The notes beneath the pieces are model-generated. The model did no database searches. It was not told where the DNA came from and was given only the letters and a program-made list of their open reading frames with translations. DNA of 64,000 nt, taken from assembly GCF_018977255.1 (NCBI RefSeq), contig NW_024704742.1, positions 45,076,001 to 45,140,000 on the forward strand, in the 5' to 3' direction. Made by a program: the position numbers and the translations under genes. This document shows positions 1-13,895 of this stretch, piece after piece (the first letter of the stretch is position 1; each line of letters begins with the position of its first letter). Origin of the DNA: Callorhinchus milii (lineage: Eukaryota).

Positions 1-80
1 AGGTAAGGGGCCATTTATATTTCATCATAATAAAATATGTGATCTTGTTCCTCATGGAGCCAGGAACAGCAAACCCATGA

Positions 81-406
81 GTGGAGTCCTGTAGCTCAGT
101 GGTTAGAGCACTCGCTTTGCAAGCGAGAGACCTGAGTTCAATTCCAGGCAGGGCGAAACCTTGGGCAAGTTTCCTTACTCCACACGCCTAATAATAATCC
201 CTCCAAAACCAAAAAAAACAATAATAAATTGGTCATTTTCAATCTACGACTGTTTGTGGGACATTGCTGTGCGCAATTGGCTGCCGCGTTCGCCCACAAA
301 TATACAGTCAATTCACTTTACAGTATATTCTGTGAAGCGCTTTGGGACGTCCTCCCGACGTGAAAAGCGCTATATCAAATGCAAGGATTATTATTATTAT
401 TATTAT
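81..406 (+). mobile_element. Young tRNA-derived SINE, short form (family A; resembles elephant-shark SINE2-1_CM from recall)
   Basis: A box TAGCTCAGTGG and B box GAGTTCAATTCC. Anticodon arm CTCGC-TTTGCAA-GCGAG (tRNA-Ala TGC-like). CORE-like CCTTGGGCAAGT, L2-like 3' stem-loop and (TTA)n tail. Near-identical to copies at 16796 and 45357. Confidence 0.93.
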
Positions 407-3400
407 AACAGAATGGGAAGGAGCTGGAAACTACCGTTGGTTTTGTATGAAGGATCAATTGGTTGTATGCACACCCATGGTCAATTTAGTTGCGGGCTCC
501 ATACATTATTGATAGGGTATTTGCTAAATATAGGATATGTGGTAAAAAAAAACTAATACAATGCAAAAGTATTTTCTGCAGTTCTACAACCACAATAGTT
601 TATTCTTAAAACGTAACAGCAAAACCTTCTAAGAAATGAATAGGTATTGAAAGATTTTTGTGGCATTTAAAGGGAAACGATAAGTGCAGAAGGGGAAGTA
701 CAGATTCATAAGAAAAAATCATGCGTGCATTCATCCATAAATTTGTATTTTTAACATTTATTAATTCATACCCTCTGCAAGCACTCAGTTTCATGAAAAG
801 ACAGTTCAGCAGAAGGCATATTAATAGAAAGACATATGTGAATACATTGTGTATTCTAAATAAATTTAAATCTATTTAAAAGCAACGGAACATCATTGCA
901 TGTAAGGTTACTAGATTGCTGCCAGTATTAAGTAACTAAGAATTTTTATAAATGCATGAATTTCATGATCCAAGCATAGTAGAATGGCTGTTTGACAATG
1001 GGACTCCAAAGGCATTCATAGAGAAACAGCAGTGTAAATGATGCCTGTGAATGGAAAAGGCATCTTGCGACACAAAGCTTTCCTAACTCCTGCAAGGAGC
1101 CCCATATATGTCAAACCAACTCACAACACCCCAATGAGTGTTTTTATCACCCCAATAAATAAAATGTAAACCACACCATAGCCTTCCTTCATGTTACAAT
1201 GATGTTTCTATTGGGGTAAAATATTAATAATAACTGTAATAGCATTTGTTGTTCAAGGTTGGCATATCACAGTCAATGTTGCACATCACTGTTGTTTTGT
1301 GAATTGCACATATAGCAAGAAGATGTGCACTTGTTTGTTTTTGTATTTTGGTGAATAACAATTGTTTTTTACGAAGCATTTGGTCTGATTAGTGGCTTTG
1401 TGCCTCTAAACATTCGGTTGCATATTCACTATTCAGGCCCCGAGAAAGGAGTACAGCTCAGCACTGTCATGCAGCTTGTACGTTGTGATAGGATGAACTG
1501 TCCTTGCTCGTAACTGCATAATCAACGTAGAAAGAAATTGATTAAAAATATGCAAACAAAATTAAAATAAAAAATGGGGCAAAGATAAAATAGGGGAAAT
1601 GAAAAATAGAAGCAAAATAGTGAACAGAAGATCAAGTAAATTTTGTAAATGGTTTAAAATTGTTTACTGAGATTGAAAATGTGATTTTTGCAAAAGGAGT
1701 CACAGATAGAAGCTCAGCAAGTAACAATAATCCTCTTTGGGGTGGAGTTAAACAGAGCTTCCTTGGAATTGAGCTGTTTCCAAAGTGAGGTGCTTGCACA
1801 TAATGTTAGAGCTGAGTTAATTCTCTGTGGCAGTCTCGGTAATCTAGTTACCTGAGCCAGGTGGTTGCGCAGTACTCTAGGAAGGGAATATTGAAAGGCC
1901 AGCTGGACTGGCTCATTGGCCAGACTTGAAGAGGCAGACGAATGGGTGTAGGGAATCTTCCCACTCAGTTCTTGTTCACACTGAAAGCTAAAGCCCTAAG
2001 AGGCAGAGTGGACACTCCTATTTCGACATGCAGCAGGAAGCTTGTCAGACATTGCCCTCAACAGCAAGCTCTGTGGGTTTACCTGGTTACCCTCCAGCAT
2101 TTATCAGATGGAATACATCTATCAGATGTTTTTTTGGTTCGCTGAGTTTTTGATATATCCAGAAAACCATCACCATGCTCAGGAGAATTCAAACCAAACT
2201 GAAAGTTTCACATGCGTTTGTCACCTACAAATCGAAATTTTGCACACACTCTGGGATTCCTGGCCAATCATCCCCCAAATTAAATTGATAATTTTTCTCA
2301 TGACTATTTGTGAGTAATCCCCATGGTGCTGTACATAACTGGGCTGCCGCGTTCGCTGACACAGTCACTCCACTATACAGTAAATACAGTGCTACTTTGA
2401 GACGTCATCTCAACATGAAAGAGATTATTCCAATTGAACTGATTGTTATTCTCAGACCCATTGTGTTTGTGCTGGCTCTTTTAAGAGCATTACTTTCAAT
2501 CCAATTTAACTGCCCTTTATTTACTTCTAAATTGCTTCCACAAAAATCCAACCCATTTTTTAAAAAAATCTAAATTGCTGTTAGATTTTTTACTGATTAA
2601 ATACATTTGATACTGTTTTTGAATCGCTGGAAGTGAAGGTTCTCAGCAGTACAATACTGTGGAGTAGAAAGCTGGATTTATCCTTCCAGCTGCTCTTTGG
2701 ATTGAATTAGACCTTTTAAAATACACATAGGGATGTTCAATCAACTCTTTAATAACATCGTCAAACAGCCGCTTAAAAGTTTTTAAACCATTGATTGGAA
2801 TTTTTTAACAGACCCCAGGGAAGCAATCCCACTGTAGATTATACCCACTTGTCTTATATTGCTTGGGTGTGCATTGCAGTGCTCCTGCAATCACCTACTC
2901 CAGGAAATCTCTTCTTGCAGCCACCATTTCTTTGCACCACTGGTATCACAGGAAGTGGGGTTGATTTTCAGCTAGAACTCAAAGGTTTACATTTGCAACT
3001 TTCAAATAATTGGATTTGTGTAAGCTCATCTATGTACTGACTGTTAATGTCTGAGTATGCAATATAGGACAAATTCCACAGCTCCAGTATTACAGAGTTG
3101 ATTCTCGTTGAAGAATCTCTGGAACATAAAGGGCTTGCAGTTAATAAAATAGGTTTGCTTTGAAGAGCCTATATTGTCCAGACAGGATGCATTCTCTGTC
3201 TTGTCTAAAGAGCAACAAGTTCTAATTTTCTCCAGTCAACTATGGATAGAGAGAAAAATACCAGTGAACAACCTGCCAAATGAAGGTTATGTGTACCTTA
3301 TTCTAACACTGAGTATATGATGCCAGTAAGTCTGAATAACAGTACTAATGTAGTCTGAAACACATCAAAGTTGCACCAGCAATTACACTGCGATTGCTTC

Positions 3401-4448
3401 AGGAATTTGGAGCACAGGGACTATTACTTATTCACTAAAAATAACCTAGATTGTGGCAGCGTACAAATAAGAAGCTTCAGCACATTGATGAATTATTGCT
3501 GGGCATAAATTGTATGTAAGCACAAAAATAGAGAAGACAATTATATTTTATGGCAATTGAAATTATTTTTGTTATTTTAGACCAATTTCTAAATTATATA
3601 TTTCTACTTTAATAAATACTAAAAAGGTTGCATTCCATGGCCCCATCAAGCATGTCTCTGATACACAGCTACGCTCATCAGAAATGGAATCTAATTAAAC
3701 TCCACTTTGAGATGTGTAAAATATGGAACAAGAGATTAACCCACAGTGGATAACAGTAGCTGTAATTTTGATGATTAAGGACTTTCTTCCTATATCATTC
3801 AGTCCCCATAAACAGTATATTAATAATTTGTCACAGAGCTGGTCTAAATCTGGTCTAAATTTCTCTCTTGGTGACCCATTACCGCTGTAAATGTAAATGG
3901 ATTTTAGAATTTCCAGAAGTAAAGTGCGGACTATCGACATATAATTGTGGGTTAGTGCCAAGAGCCAAAAGCCAGCAGTTGTATAATTTGTTGGCATCCG
4001 CTATACTATGGAGAACCCCGAGGCCAATAAATGAAAAGGTAAACTAAGATGTTAACAAGTTATTAAAATATATTTTCCAGTACTATGGTTTTCCCCATAA
4101 TTTCCCTGCTAATGAAACTTTCAGAATAACATAACTATATGGGAATTGTGCTCACAATAAAAAGCACAATAGAGCAAAATAAATCTGATGCAGTAATAAA
4201 AAGAGCAATGTTTTGCTAATATATTTGATAACACAGTCGGACGATGTGCAAATTTGAGTATTTATTAACGGTATTGTTATTTTATAATATTAAATACATA
4301 TTTAATTAAAAAAATTAAAAAGTAAAAGCCACTCTTATGTGGTTCAATAGGCATCTGAGAGGTTGCAATGCATGATGAAGAAGGGAGCTCAATGTGATTC
4401 ACACCCACTTGTGTAGGTTCAACTCCTGACGTATTGCAGCCACATTCA

Positions 4449-4826
4449 GGTGTCAACCTGGCTCAGCTGGTAGCATTCTCACTTCTGAATCAGAAGGTTG
4501 TAGGTTCAAACCCCCTGTCAATACCCAGGCTGACACTCCAATGTTTTCTGTGTTGCTGGAGGTGCTGTTTTTTCAGATGAGACATTAAAACAAGATTGTT
4601 TGCTTGTTCAAGGGGACATTAGATATCCCTTTTCACTGTTCAAAAAGGCATGTGTGTCCTGGCAGACAATCCTCCAGATAACAATGATTATTCACTTCAT
4701 GGCTGTTTGTAGGAAATTGCTGTGAGGAAATTGGCTGTCGTGTTTGTCTACAAAAACACAGTCACTACACTTTGAGCCATCTTCACGATGTGATAAGGTG
4801 CTATATCAAATCCACTGATAATTATT
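4449..4826 (+). mobile_element. Older SacSINE1/Deu-domain-like SINE (family B)
   Basis: Head GGCTCAGCTGGTAGCATTCTCACTTCTGAATCAGAAGGTTGTAGGTTCAA, body GATGAGACATTAAA..., and a 3' end shared with family A. Confidence 0.82.
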
Positions 4827-7800
4827 TACAATAATAATATTTGTCAGATGACATCAGGAATAAGGCTCTCGTATAATTTGCACTGGTGGAACCTTGATCT
4901 TTAATAATAATAAACAACATTTTTGCTGGTTGGATGCTGACAAAATGTTGCTGACAGAAGCATAGTTTGAACACAGAATAAGATTCTAAACCATAACAAA
5001 CAGAAGGAGATTTTTAGAATGAACTTAAAGAATATTTTAAATGCAAAATCAAGCGACACCATTCAGGCGTTTTTATTTCCATTTTATAATGCTCTTACTG
5101 CCGCAAAAAATAGGATTTCGCTGGATAAAAACATTGTGTCCTGCTTCATAGTGAGATATCTGGAAAATAGTTGTCCATGTATCACTTTAATGAGCCATTT
5201 ACGATGATGACAAGAGAGTAAGCATTCAACTGACATTTGCATGCAAGTTATCAATTTAGAAAAGACAGAGTATATTGTTTCACATAATTTTTATTGAAAT
5301 TATCCTACCCTCCTCTGTTTACTTTCTTTCAAAATGCAGTTCTCACCGTATTATAAATTATTACATCAAAAGTAAGCTGTATAATAGGGTGACAAATGTT
5401 AGGGGTTGAGGGTGTTGAAAGGGTACTAGAGCAATTACGCAGATGTGCTCAAGGACACCAGATGGATTTTAATATGGTTAAATGTAAGCTATTGCACATT
5501 GGTACAGGAGACATTGGCAAACAGTGAAAATTTGCCCATCAGCAAAGATGGAGAATCACTTGGAAATGGTTATGGATAATTCACAAGAAGTAGCCAGTTA
5601 ACAAGACTAATCATCTACTATGGTTTCAATAATATCTACTTATAAGTCAAACCATGGCTGTATTAACTCAGGAAATTCATTCACAAGTCCACATTTAGAC
5701 CACATTATAAAATGCAGCAATTTCTAAACTACATCACACTGCCGCACAGCACCTCTCTCCAGTATAATATGCTTTAAGAGCAGAGTGTTTATCTGAAGGA
5801 TTCCCCACTTGGATTCCTAAATTAAGAAATCCTGTTTGAAATCATTGCATTTTAGATCCCATTGTTCATCTTGTCTTTCAAAGTATTTTGATACAATGGA
5901 GGAGGTTGAGAAGAGTGATGACTAATAGAGGAAGACTTATGCTCTTATACTGTATAAGGTAGAAATTCTGGTGGGTAAACAGTATGAGTAAAGAAAGAAG
6001 GAGGTTCTTTCAAAAAGAAAAGTAGTATACATTAGAATATACAGCACAGACACAGGCCATTCAGCCCAACTGGTCTATGCCAGTGTTTATGGTCCACATG
6101 AGCCTCATCCTGCCCTTCCTCAACTAAACCTTGAAGTATAACCTTCTAGTTTCTCAGAAGATGTGCAGCAATAATATAGCATAAGCTCTGGGGTCCCGAA
6201 GCCTTTGATATTGCCAACCTAGATTAATACTTTCCAGAATTAGGTAAACAGGGTGCAACCCTCCAGGGAGATAGTGCACATCCCATTCCAAGCACGGGGA
6301 AATTGCTGTATATGATGATTGAGATGCACTGCAGATACACATGATCACCAAACTGGACCATAAATAATAAATAACTCAGTAAAAAATCCATCCTATCAGG
6401 GGAATCATAAAATTGTCTGTTGCTAATAAAAAAATTTAATTGACTTAAAATTTTAAAAGTGGCCCAAAGTGACTTAAAAAAGCCATTTTCTGGAAGCCAA
6501 ATGGACTTCACTGCAAAACTATCATTAAGGATAGTTTCCAGTTGCTGAAACATTCTTCGGGAATTGAAGAATGTGTTTAGGAATACTACAGTTTTGATCC
6601 CATAAAATGCTTTTCAATGCTACTTATTTTCTATAGTTTTAAGACTGCACTTGACATTCAAGAGGGTTACAATACTTTAGATTTGTAATGGACCATGTCC
6701 CATTAATGAATAAATTGTGCAGATAAATTAGGCCCCAGAGCTTTATTAAATGTTTCCTAATTGTATGTAAGGGAGCAATTCTTGTGCTTACTATTACCTG
6801 AGGACACATAACGTTAAAGGTAAAATAAACACAATTTATTTTCTATATACTTCATTTGACATTCACTGAATTGATTTGCCCCACATTTATGTTTGCTGAG
6901 ATCAAATTGTATTCATGAAAATAAATAACTCCTGTAAAAAGTCTTGTTCATTTTTTATATTAAAATGGAAAGTTTACTGAATTGAATTTAATGCAACTAC
7001 TTAGCGCTTGTATATTTTTGGTTCAAGCCTGTCACTCATTGCACCATAATACAATTATTATTATTATTACTTATCTCACATTCCTGTAGGGGAAACCCAC
7101 AATTTTCAAAATGTCAGTTTTATTTTGTAAATTTTATTTCATTATTTCTGGATTGTGGAGAAGCTTGGGTTTTCAATACAAATGTGGCAGTATTTTCAAT
7201 GTTTTGTGTTCATTTCTCGTGCAACTATGAACACATGTGAGGATGGAAATTAATTTTAAAATGAACCACAGGAGGTTAGAACACTGGTAAATGGCACTGG
7301 AAATATTCCCGGAAGCTATCTTCTAAATATTAATATTTTGCCAATATGTCACGTCAATAGGAAAATATATCTATACATTTTAAATCCATGGTTTATTTTC
7401 CAGAACGGGTTTATCACAGCATTACACAGCATTACTGTTAGAAAATTACAACATCAACTGAGCCAATTGTTAGGGGACAAATGGAATCAATTTAAGGATT
7501 GTTCTATTGTCCAATATTTCTAAGACTTTATGGAACCTGTGCTGTCAGTCATTCTTGGGTCAGGCTTCAATATTGCTAACAGACTGAGATCAATATAGTT
7601 ACTAGTGAAAGTTTGTGCTTTAGACATGGAGGGAAAAATGCAAAAAATGATAATAGACTTGATGTGGTAATGATTGCCAGATTTACATTGAATCATTTAT
7701 GAAACATTGCATTTTTCCCCTCATACTTTCTTAAGCAAAATGACCATTTCAATGTTGCTGATGAATTTTGATGCATCATTAAGGATTATGGACAAATGTT

Positions 7801-8218
7801 TGCCAAATTTGTGGTTTCTGTCCCACCAGTCCCCCACTAAAAAAAAATGCACTTGGTTCATTTTATCCAGGAAGAAGCCAAGCCTTGGAAATTTCAGGGT
7901 GTTCATTAGGTTATTGCTGCAGGTTAAGCAACTAAAGATATGCAGTTTGCCACTATGAATTATGACTGGCAATTTCCTATTGCTTGCCAGCTAGGACCAT
8001 CCTATGTCAGTGGACATGTTTCTGGATTGCACAATGGTACGTACACTGTATATACTACCTGTAACAGGCTTTGTACATGAGAAAGGGACTGTATAAGGGC
8101 CAACTAATTTCCACTCTAATAGACACATACTTACTATTCTGCATGTATGAGTATATCATCCAGCTTGTAATCATCCAGGACCCAAAGAAGGGCTTGTGGA
8201 CATATACCTGCTCTGACA

Positions 8219-8364
8219 CTGCTGAAGATCTTCCTTTTCGACCGGCCTTGGTCACCTTCCTCCCCCTCCGCTTGGCTCGGCGCCGGGATCCGTTACTGTA
8301 AAGCGCTCTGAGATGCCATCCGGCATGGAGGGCGCTATATAAATCCAAGTTGTTGTTGTTGTTG
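8219..8364 (+). mobile_element. Short L2 3' end (same family as 47343-50653)
   Basis: Aligns with ~50510-50653, including the ATGCC/GGCAT-type stem and (GTT)n. Confidence 0.88.
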
Positions 8365-9000
8365 ACACACCAAGTAAAGGCAATTCTGGCAGAATCTATT
8401 CTATTTGGAACATCCAATACTGAAAGTTCAAATAATTGCTTTCCTCTAAAATCACCCATACTCTAATTTTCCAAGGGCCAGCCTTTAATTCTTTGTTGCA
8501 CTGCAAGGTGCTACAAAGGTTTTGGCAAGATGTTTTTTTTAATGTTCCAAAGAGGCATCTTTATAAAACTGGATTGGATTTGCTTGATATGTGGCCTAAT
8601 TGTTTTACCCGTCTATGAGTAATAATAGTCCTTACTTGTGTTATAGCGTCTTTCAGGTGGGAGGTTGTCTCAAAGTGTTTCATATAATACACTGTAAAGT
8701 ACATTGACTCTGTGTTTGGTGGGCAAAAAGTAGTATGAAGCTATCACTACTGAGTTCAACTATGTGAATAATACAATGTAATATAAACATCATCAAAATG
8801 AAATTGACTGTCAATGGCCTTATTCTGCTCAGTGCACTAATTGTAGCAAAATCATTGATCTGGGTTAGCTGTTCTTTTTTTCCAATTGCTTAATTTAGGG
8901 AATGTGTTGCTGTTTGTATAGAAATAATAAGTTCATGAATGGAGCAGAACAGCCCAGTGCATACGGCACAATACTGCAGATAAACTGAGTGTTATCAGAA

Positions 9001-9092
9001 CTGAGTGCTCCCTGCGACTTCTGTTTTTATTTCTGATTTCCAGCATATGCTGCTTGATCTGCTGAGTATTCCCAAGCGATTTCCGTTTTTAG
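9001..9092 (+). mobile_element. Second remnant of the same PLE-associated repeat, two tandem units
   Basis: ATGCTGCTTGATCTGCTGAGTATTCCCAAGC resembles the reverse complement of 63650-63683. The CTGAGT..GCGA.TTC.GTTTTTA unit occurs twice. Confidence 0.55.
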
Positions 9093-9183
9093 TCCAGTGC
9101 ATATAGTTTATCAGATGGAGAAGGGTTAAATTACATGATGTAAATTTTCTGGCACAAGGTTTGTGAAAATAATTTAGTTTTGT

Positions 9184-10015
9184 GGATGTATCAGCCTGAT
9201 TCAGTGGTAGCACTCTTGCTTCTGAGTAAGAAGGCTTTGGGTTCAAGCCCCACATCACACTGTCTAAGCTGACACTACATGTTGGAGAGGCCGTCCTTCA
9301 GATGAGATGTTAAACCAAGGTCTCCTCTGCCTGTTCATGTGGATGAAGAAGATTCCCTGGCAGTATTCAAAACGAGAAGGAAGTTTCTCCCAGTGTTCTG
9401 GCCAGCATTTCTCTAAATAAAATTAGTTACTTCATGGCTGTTTGTGGGACATTGCTGTGTGTAACTGGCTGCCGTATTTTGCTCACAAAATACACAGTCA
9501 AAACCACTTTACACTATATACTGTGAAGCACTTTGAGTGGCTGCTACAATGTGATACGGCCCTATATTAAATCCAAGGGTTATTATTATCAGAGTCAATG
9601 TGCATCTACAGCAAGTTTCATCTTGGCTAAATTGATAGCACTCTGACTTTGGAATAACAGTCTAGGCTGGTACTGCAGTGCAATGCTGGGGGTGGTGCTA
9701 CATTGATAGAGATACTATTCTTTGGATGAGACTTTAAACTGAGGTTCTCTCTGCTTATTAGGCTGAATGTTAAATATCCCAGGATACGATTCAAAAAAGG
9801 AAAATAAGTTTATCTTGTGTCCTGGCCAACAATCCCTCAGATAAAGTTGGTCATTCACTGCATGGTTATTTGTGGAACATTGCTGTGTGCAAATCAGCTG
9901 CCATGTTTGCCTACAAAATACAAAGCTACTACACTTTACAGTAAATCATGTGAATTGCTATGAGACATCATTCTGATATGAAAGGTGCTACATCAACCGT
10001 AAAGTTTATTATTAT
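9184..10015 (+). mobile_element. Two head-to-tail family B SINEs (9184-9589 and ~9614-10015)
   Basis: Each copy has the tRNA-like head, the GATGAGA..TTAAAC body and a TTA tail. Confidence 0.82.
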
Positions 10016-11329
10016 GGTCCTTTGTTGGCAATGCAGTCTGGAGGGTACATATCCACATGAAAAAGCGGAGCCTTGGTTAATGGCATTGTAGTCCTTTTTC
10101 TGTGTGTAAACTGAAAAAGACTCTGAATATAACACCATTTACATTTCTACAGTGCCTTTGACATCAGGAGGATGTATTAAATTGTTCAGCACTGCTGGCT
10201 GGGGACCCGAGCTGGGGGTGGAAGCCAAGGGGGATGGGGAGGGGAAAGATGACCAACTGAAAGCGCAGTCAAATCAGTATGTCTTGAGACAGGCCTGAAA
10301 GAGGAAGGAGGGAACAAGCCGGAATATTATTCATTTAATTTATAATATAGTAGTGAAAATACGAATGTTTAGTTCAAGAAGAAAAAACCTCCTACAGATT
10401 ATAATCCATTTATTGTCCAGTTGTTGATTAATAGAAACCACTTATACAGGACACATCCTATATGGTATTGTAAGGCTAGGTTGGCAATTACAGTCAAAAG
10501 TGCCATGGAGTTGGTAAGTAAATGGAACACAAAAAAGAAATGGCTGTTTTCATTTAAATCTCCCTCTGGGTAAAATAACCAGATCTAATTTGTCCAGACT
10601 CTGGTCTGGGACCAACATTTTAATAACAATACTATTCACTTAATAAGATGCTTTTACAGCATCAAAGGAATAGGTAACAGATGAGCAGTCCGTGCCTCAG
10701 TGATCAAATTAATTAATCTATAACTGTTGTCTGCAGGAGTTTTTCCACCATGAAACTAATTTGATCAGCTTGAATAATATCAAGAGAAATCTTCTACAGA
10801 TGTATTGCAAGAACATCAGCATTAATGTTTACTTGGCCTTAAGAAATATAAGGAATAGTAACTGACGTATTTCAGTGCAGGATGTATCATTTCCTAACTA
10901 ATCTTATTTTCACTGGGCTACTGATAACCAAATGTGAATTGTTGTGTCAGTCAGTTGCATCAAGTCACAGTGAGCCGCACGCACACGCATAAATGCACAC
11001 AAACCACTGAACTATTGAATGACCTAATGAAACAATCACTCCATACTGTTGCTATTTGCCGGGCATTGGTATCAACATTTTATACACTGAGTGGCACGAA
11101 GCATCTGTGTTTAAAATAAGCCATAATGTACTTTCGAAGAGATTAAATTATTTTTGTCATATCAATTCACAGAACCAGGCTCAGTTATCCAGTAGTGCAC
11201 TTAACTTTTGGACAGTCCAGAGTTTTCGTTACGCTGATGTGTTATTACGGCTAAAAAGCAACCTAAAATTAAAAAAACTGCATGAAAGAGGTGATGTTTC
11301 CACATCCCTGCCAATGCCTCCTTGATGCT

Positions 11330-11938
11330 GGCTCTAACTTCCTCAAGTTATTGGCCACTCTCACCAACTCACTGAACCAGTGCGTAACTGTGGTGTTCAG
11401 TTTGATCTGCAACTTTCTTTCCTCGCTCACATTTGGTCCTGACTAAGACCACTTCTCTGCTGCTTCGCTACATCACCTAACTTCCCACCCAATCTAAAGT
11501 GGACTGCTGAAACCTTCATTCATGTTTGGCCACCTGCAGACTTGACTTTTGAAATGCCTTCCTCACTGACCTCCCAGCTCCACCATCCAAATATCAGAAA
11601 ATGTTTCATGCCCATCTCCCCTGTCCTTGTCAGGCTTCCTTGAATATAGGGCTCCTAGCAGAACAATTTTAAGATCCTCATTCTCCTCCTGTTTGTTCCT
11701 CATCCCCTTTGCTCCACCATCGGTGGTCATGCCTTCAGCCATTATGCCCCGAACTCTGGAACTCTCTCCGCCTTGTCTCTCTGTCCCCACTTTCAATTCT
11801 CGCCTAAAAACCATCCTTTCAATCGTACTTATGGTCACCTCCCCCCTCCTCCTCCTGGCTCATGGTCAGACTCGGCCACTGTCAAGTGCTCCGGGACGCT
11901 ACATCACGTGAAGGGCACCATATAAGTTGTTGTTGCTG
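11330..11938 (+). mobile_element. Old L2 3' fragment
   Basis: Degenerate L2 ORF2 C-terminus (FNSRLKTILS) and GTT tail. Confidence 0.78.
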
Positions 11939-13484
11939 TTTGACCATCTGAATTAATAATTAATTTATGATAGAAATATAATAAATAATTTTTTTATATA
12001 CTATAATGTAATTGGAGTTGAGGTACATCTGAGATCAGCTGCGATCTAATAGAATGGCAGATTCTCCTACTGTTAAGAGATGCAAACTTTTAGATTGATA
12101 ACATTTCTGATATTGGCACAGTGCTAATTTTAAACATTACAAAGGCCTGCCAACAAGTTCGATATTTTTCTGACTTGTGCAAATTCACCTCTCCCCCCCA
12201 CCTTCCAATTTAAGAGGTGATACGAAGGAACAAAAGGAAACAATTTTACTTCTGGTAATAACGTTGTTGGCAATCAGTTATCACTGAAGAATTTGAATAT
12301 AATTGAGCCTGGATAACCAAATTTCCAAATTTTTTAGATTCCAATTTTAAGATGCCGAGGTTCACTAAAGATCATTTTATTTACTTCCTCACTAATCATC
12401 TCCTGATTCTTTCTCATATGAAAAAATCCGGACTTCTCTGAGACACATGTCAAGCAAGGCAGGTTATAAGCACATGTTTAAAATGAAAACATGGGGTTGA
12501 GGTACAAATGCTTCCCTTTTTATAACCAAGCAGCCTGTAGTTTTCCAGTATATTGATTTGGTGACTCTGAGGGCTGATATAAAATAACTTGGTGCCAGCT
12601 CTCCTTTTGGGTTCAGCATCTTCCATGCCAAAGGCACATATCTCTTCTTTGCTGAAGGCAGAGGTTGGGTCTGAACACTGACCTAACATTGCCGTATGGT
12701 TTCTTTGCATATTTTAATCCTTTGGTCACTGACCAACAGAAATATGCATGACATTGATGTTTCAATGCCCACATCACAGACGAAGGCTTCAAAGTTTCCA
12801 AAACAGCTTTGATACTTCAAAAAATATATAGAAATGAACCTTCATTGCATATCATACCTTTGATCTTTACGTTCAGTGTCATTGTAGCTTTAGTTGAAAT
12901 GAAGATTTTTCCTGATTTTTTAGTAAAATGGTGATTGGGGTAAAACCAGTTAACCCTTAAATTACAATTCACATATTTGAACACTTGACTAACTGGAGCT
13001 TCTGCTGTTCTGCAATGCAATAATAATAATAATAAAACTTGCATTTGATTTAGCGCCTTATCACATCATTGAGACTTCTCAAAGCACTTAGTGCACAAAG
13101 TACAAAGTAAAGGTTGATAGCTTAATGTTCCACTAATTGTTCCAGTCAGTTACAAAGAGTGAGGATAGAATTGTCTTTTGGGGAACATACCGTAATGCCC
13201 ACTTAGCAATTATAGTTCTGCAGTTATTCTGATTTTGGAGTCAGTACCTTAAACTCTTATGTTATACAATTAATCACAAGGATGATGTATTATTGAACTA
13301 TGACCGAACCATACATTAAAACCTGTTTTTTTTTAAAAAAGGAAACATGGTGTAGAGAGAGACAACCAGACATTTGTGCCTCAATTACCAGAATACTACA
13401 TGGGAGCTATGAGTCACAGTTGAGTTAAGGTTAAATGCTATTTGTTCACACAGTTTCTTCCAGCCATGTCAGGGAATAGCAGCA

Positions 13485-13895
13485 ATGTCTTCTGTGAATG
13501 GAATCTTTATTTTAGCAGCTGCTGTCTTACAGCAACAAAAAGTGAGTAGAGGAAGAAGAAGGAGAGCCCAGAAGATAAGACCATTATCCTGTCAGAATAA
13601 TTTAGCAGTAAAGAGCTAACTACTTGACAGAAAACCTCTGTCTGTGTCATTTTCACCTCAGCAGAAATGTGCTCACTGACATATGCCATCAGTTCCACAT
13701 AGGGCTGGAATGCCCCTCTTTGAGTGCCACATTGTAACTGAAAAGGTCACTAATTGCCATGAACTTCTAAGCCATTGGGCCCTCCAAAGCTCCAGGGAAT
13801 GATTTTACAGGCATCTTCCAATCAACCATGCCCAACAACATACAAGAGGTCCCAGATGCCATGTTAATGAGAGTTTCCCAATGCATTTATTCCCT
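13485..13895 (+). pseudogene. Fossil PIF/Harbinger (HARBI1-like) transposase, N-terminal part
   Basis: Manual translation: MSSVNGIFILAAAVLQQQKVSRGRRRRAQKIRP, then a frameshift, then YPVRII*Q*RANYLTENLCLCHFHLSRNVLTDICH...AMNF*AIG...DFTGIFQSTM...IQEVPDAMLMRVSQCI. This follows the Harbinger pattern RRRRxYPxR..YL..C.RR.RL.R...ICH..KVT.ALNFYA.G..GISQ..I.EVTDAL, which I recalled rather than searched. Confidence 0.72.

Noticed and set aside
84..156. tRNA-Ala(TGC)-like cloverleaf
   Set aside because: It is the SINE head: repeated six times with the same body and tail, with an irregular T stem and acceptor stem. Not a tRNA gene.
161..556. Recurrent ORF MGKFPYSTRL... (also at 16876 and 45412)
   Set aside because: Read-through of SINE sequence from a TTG start; the recurrence only reflects repeat copies.
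12774..12813. Hammerhead-like string ATCA-CAGACGA...AAAACAGCT-TTGAT
   Set aside because: Both core boxes mismatch, stem II is poor and stem III is incomplete.
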